Shown here: in pieces, positions 61,584 to 64,000 of the stretch | Layout: each line of letters begins with the position of its first letter | Position numbering within the stretch: position 1 is the first letter of the stretch | Source: an uncultured candidate division Zixibacteria bacterium | Lineage (GTDB): Bacteria; Zixibacteria; MSB-5A5; GN15; FEB-12 | Assembly: GCA_963735035.1 (NCBI GenBank) | Contig: CAVTJJ010000003.1 | Span: 672,001-736,000, forward strand | Length of the DNA stretch: 64,000 bases | Direction: 5' to 3' | Made by a program: the position numbers and the translations under genes | Notes under the pieces: model-generated | What the model was told of the DNA's origin: nothing | Database searches by the model: none | What the model saw: only the letters and a program-made list of their open reading frames with translations

Positions 61584-62543
61584 ATGCAAGCATATCGATT
61601 CAAGCCCAAATCGAGAGTCCGAGAGTTTGTTGGTGAGAAGATCATCCAACTGTCGGCTTTTGCCGCCTTGCTTGGCATCGTCCTGATATTCATTTTTGTC
61701 TTCAAGGAATCGCTGCCCATCTTCACCGATCCTACAGTACGCTCTGAAGCGAGTGTCGACAAGCTCGTATTCAAACAACAGTTCTACGATGACCAGGAAC
61801 CGAACTGGGCCTGGCAGCCGACCTCGGACTCCCCAAAATATTCGATAATGCCGCTGGTTGTCGGCACACTCAAAGCGGCCCTCATAGCCATGCTTCTTGC
61901 CGCGCCGCTTGGTATAGCAGCCGCCGTGTATACATCGGAGTTCGCCTCCAAACGCGCCCGTGAATGGATCAAACCGACTATCGAACTTCTCGCCGGAATC
62001 CCCTCGGTCGTGCTTGGTTTCTTCGCGCTGATCGTACTCGCATCGATGCTTCAGAAAATGTTTGACCTGACCTACCGCCTGAATGCCCTTAACGCCGGAA
62101 TTGCGCTCGGCATCACGATTATCCCGGTGATCTTTACCATCGCCGAAGACGCCATGTCTTCGGTGCCAGGGACGCTTCGGGACGCCGCTACCGCGCTCGG
62201 CGCCAACAAGTGGCAGGTAGCCACTACAATGGTTCTTCCCGCGGCACTTCCAGGCATCGCCGCCGGAGTCGTGCTCGGTTTCGGACGGGCCATCGGCGAG
62301 ACGATGATTGTGCTTATGGCTTCGGGTAACGCCGCATTGTTGTCGGCGAATCCAGCCGAGTCGGTACGGACGATGTCGGCGACGATAGCGGCTGAGTTGG
62401 CTGAGGTTGTATTTGGAGGGGCTCATTACAGTGTGCTATTCTTCATCGGCACCCTTCTCTTCGTATTCACGTTCCTTATCAACCTGGGCGGCGACATGGT
62501 GCTGACCAAGCTCAAAGAGCGGATTCAGGGAAGGAGCGCCTGA
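61584..62543 (+). CDS. pstC: Phosphate ABC transporter permease
   Basis: ELLAGIPSVVLG and GRAIGETMIVLMASGN motifs. Confidence 0.95.
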   Translation: MQAYRFKPKSRVREFVGEKIIQLSAFAALLGIVLIFIFVFKESLPIFTDPTVRSEASVDKLVFKQQFYDDQEPNWAWQPTSDSPKYSIMPLVVGTLKAALIAMLLAAPLGIAAAVYTSEFASKRAREWIKPTIELLAGIPSVVLGFFALIVLASMLQKMFDLTYRLNALNAGIALGITIIPVIFTIAEDAMSSVPGTLRDAATALGANKWQVATTMVLPAALPGIAAGVVLGFGRAIGETMIVLMASGNAALLSANPAESVRTMSATIAAELAEVVFGGAHYSVLFFIGTLLFVFTFLINLGGDMVLTKLKERIQGRSA

Positions 62544-63499
62544 TGACTCCCACAACTTCCGGCCCATCCGTTGCTAACTCCGGCCCGATCATCAGTCTCA
62601 CACCCAAAGGAACGGCACCACTTCCGCGCGCGCTCATGCTTCTGTCCGTAATCATCATTCTGGCCATCCTGGCCGTGCTAATAGTTCACGTCATGATCGG
62701 TGGGCTCGGAACGATAAGCTGGGAGTTCTTCAGCAGCCCACCCACGCAGGGAATGGAAGCCGGTGGCATCTTCCCTGCTCTCTTCGGAACCGTTCTGCTG
62801 GTCCTCCTGATGGTTATCGCGGCCGTTCCGGTCGGTGTGCTGACGGCGGTCTATCTTCAGGAATACACGAACCCGCAATCCCGACTCACCCGGATGCTTC
62901 GCGTGGCTATCAACAATCTCGCGGGTGTACCCTCAATCGTATTCGGCCTTTTCGGTCTGGGATTCTTCGTCGGTTTCATCGGCGGCGGGCTGGACAAATT
63001 GCTTCATCCTGCCTCCGGCCCCGTCTGGGGACAACCGGCTATCATCTGGGCTTCGCTCACAATGGCGTTACTGACCCTGCCGGTCGTAATTGTCTCAACA
63101 GAAGAAGCCCTGCGCGCTATCCCTCGCGAACTCAAAGAAGCGAGCTATGCCCTGGGTGCGACCAAACTTCAAACCATCATCCGGATTGTCATCCCGCAGG
63201 CTCTTCCCGGCATATTCACCGGCGCTATTCTGGCCGTCGGGCGTGGCGCAGGCGAAGTTGCCCCGATCATGTTCACCGGCGCCGCTTACTACCTGCCGCA
63301 TCTGCCGGCGCACTTGAACGACCAGTTCATGGTGCTCGGCTATCATGTCTACGTCATGGCGACACAATCACCGGATATCGAAAAGACCAAACCGATTCTG
63401 TACGGTACGGTGCTGGTATTGCTCGTCCTGACGTTTCTTCTGAACGTTGTCGCTATCGTGATCCGGTCACGTATAAGATCGAGGCGCATCAGTGGTTGA
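62543..63499 (+). CDS. pstA: Phosphate ABC transporter permease
   Basis: [24 protein letters not shown] and [10 protein letters not shown] motifs. Confidence 0.95.
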   Translation: MTPTTSGPSVANSGPIISLTPKGTAPLPRALMLLSVIIILAILAVLIVHVMIGGLGTISWEFFSSPPTQGMEAGGIFPALFGTVLLVLLMVIAAVPVGVLTAVYLQEYTNPQSRLTRMLRVAINNLAGVPSIVFGLFGLGFFVGFIGGGLDKLLHPASGPVWGQPAIIWASLTMALLTLPVVIVSTEEALRAIPRELKEASYALGATKLQTIIRIVIPQALPGIFTGAILAVGRGAGEVAPIMFTGAAYYLPHLPAHLNDQFMVLGYHVYVMATQSPDIEKTKPILYGTVLVLLVLTFLLNVVAIVIRSRIRSRRISG

Positions 63500-63506
63500 G
63501 AACACT

Positions 63507-64000
<494 letters not shown>

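Overview
Chromosomal DNA from a GC-rich, probably anaerobic diderm bacterium; the FG-GAP surface protein, hdr/mvh genes and mix of palindromic repeats suggest a Zixibacteria/FCB-like MAG, but that is inference only. In order, the window holds: transport and peptide-scavenging genes, a heme-c chemoreceptor, an ArsR/DUF2892/RND module, a three-gene giant secreted-protein cluster (TANFOR-like 1899 aa, FN3-repeat protein, beta-barrel), a 10.5-kb heterodisulfide reductase/[NiFe]-hydrogenase operon, a His-tailed DMT transporter, a sigma54 two-component system with a YHS protein and a Cus-type efflux pump, and a phoBR-porin-pstSCAB phosphate regulon. The most striking feature is that hdrA is split inside its inserted ferredoxin domain. 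A NuoE/NuoF/NuoG(N)-like (HydC/B/A-type) diaphorase module lies between the two halves, and the NuoG-like domain is fused to the HdrA C-terminal half. This predicts an HdrABC-diaphorase-MvhDGA complex with two potential flavin bifurcation sites. Seven single-base frameshifts in otherwise intact genes look like long-read consensus errors. Several regulatory motifs (shared sigma54 enhancer, TetR-type triple operator, Pho boxes) and MITE/REP-like repeats can be read directly from the sequence. All family assignments come from motif recognition; no database searches were run.
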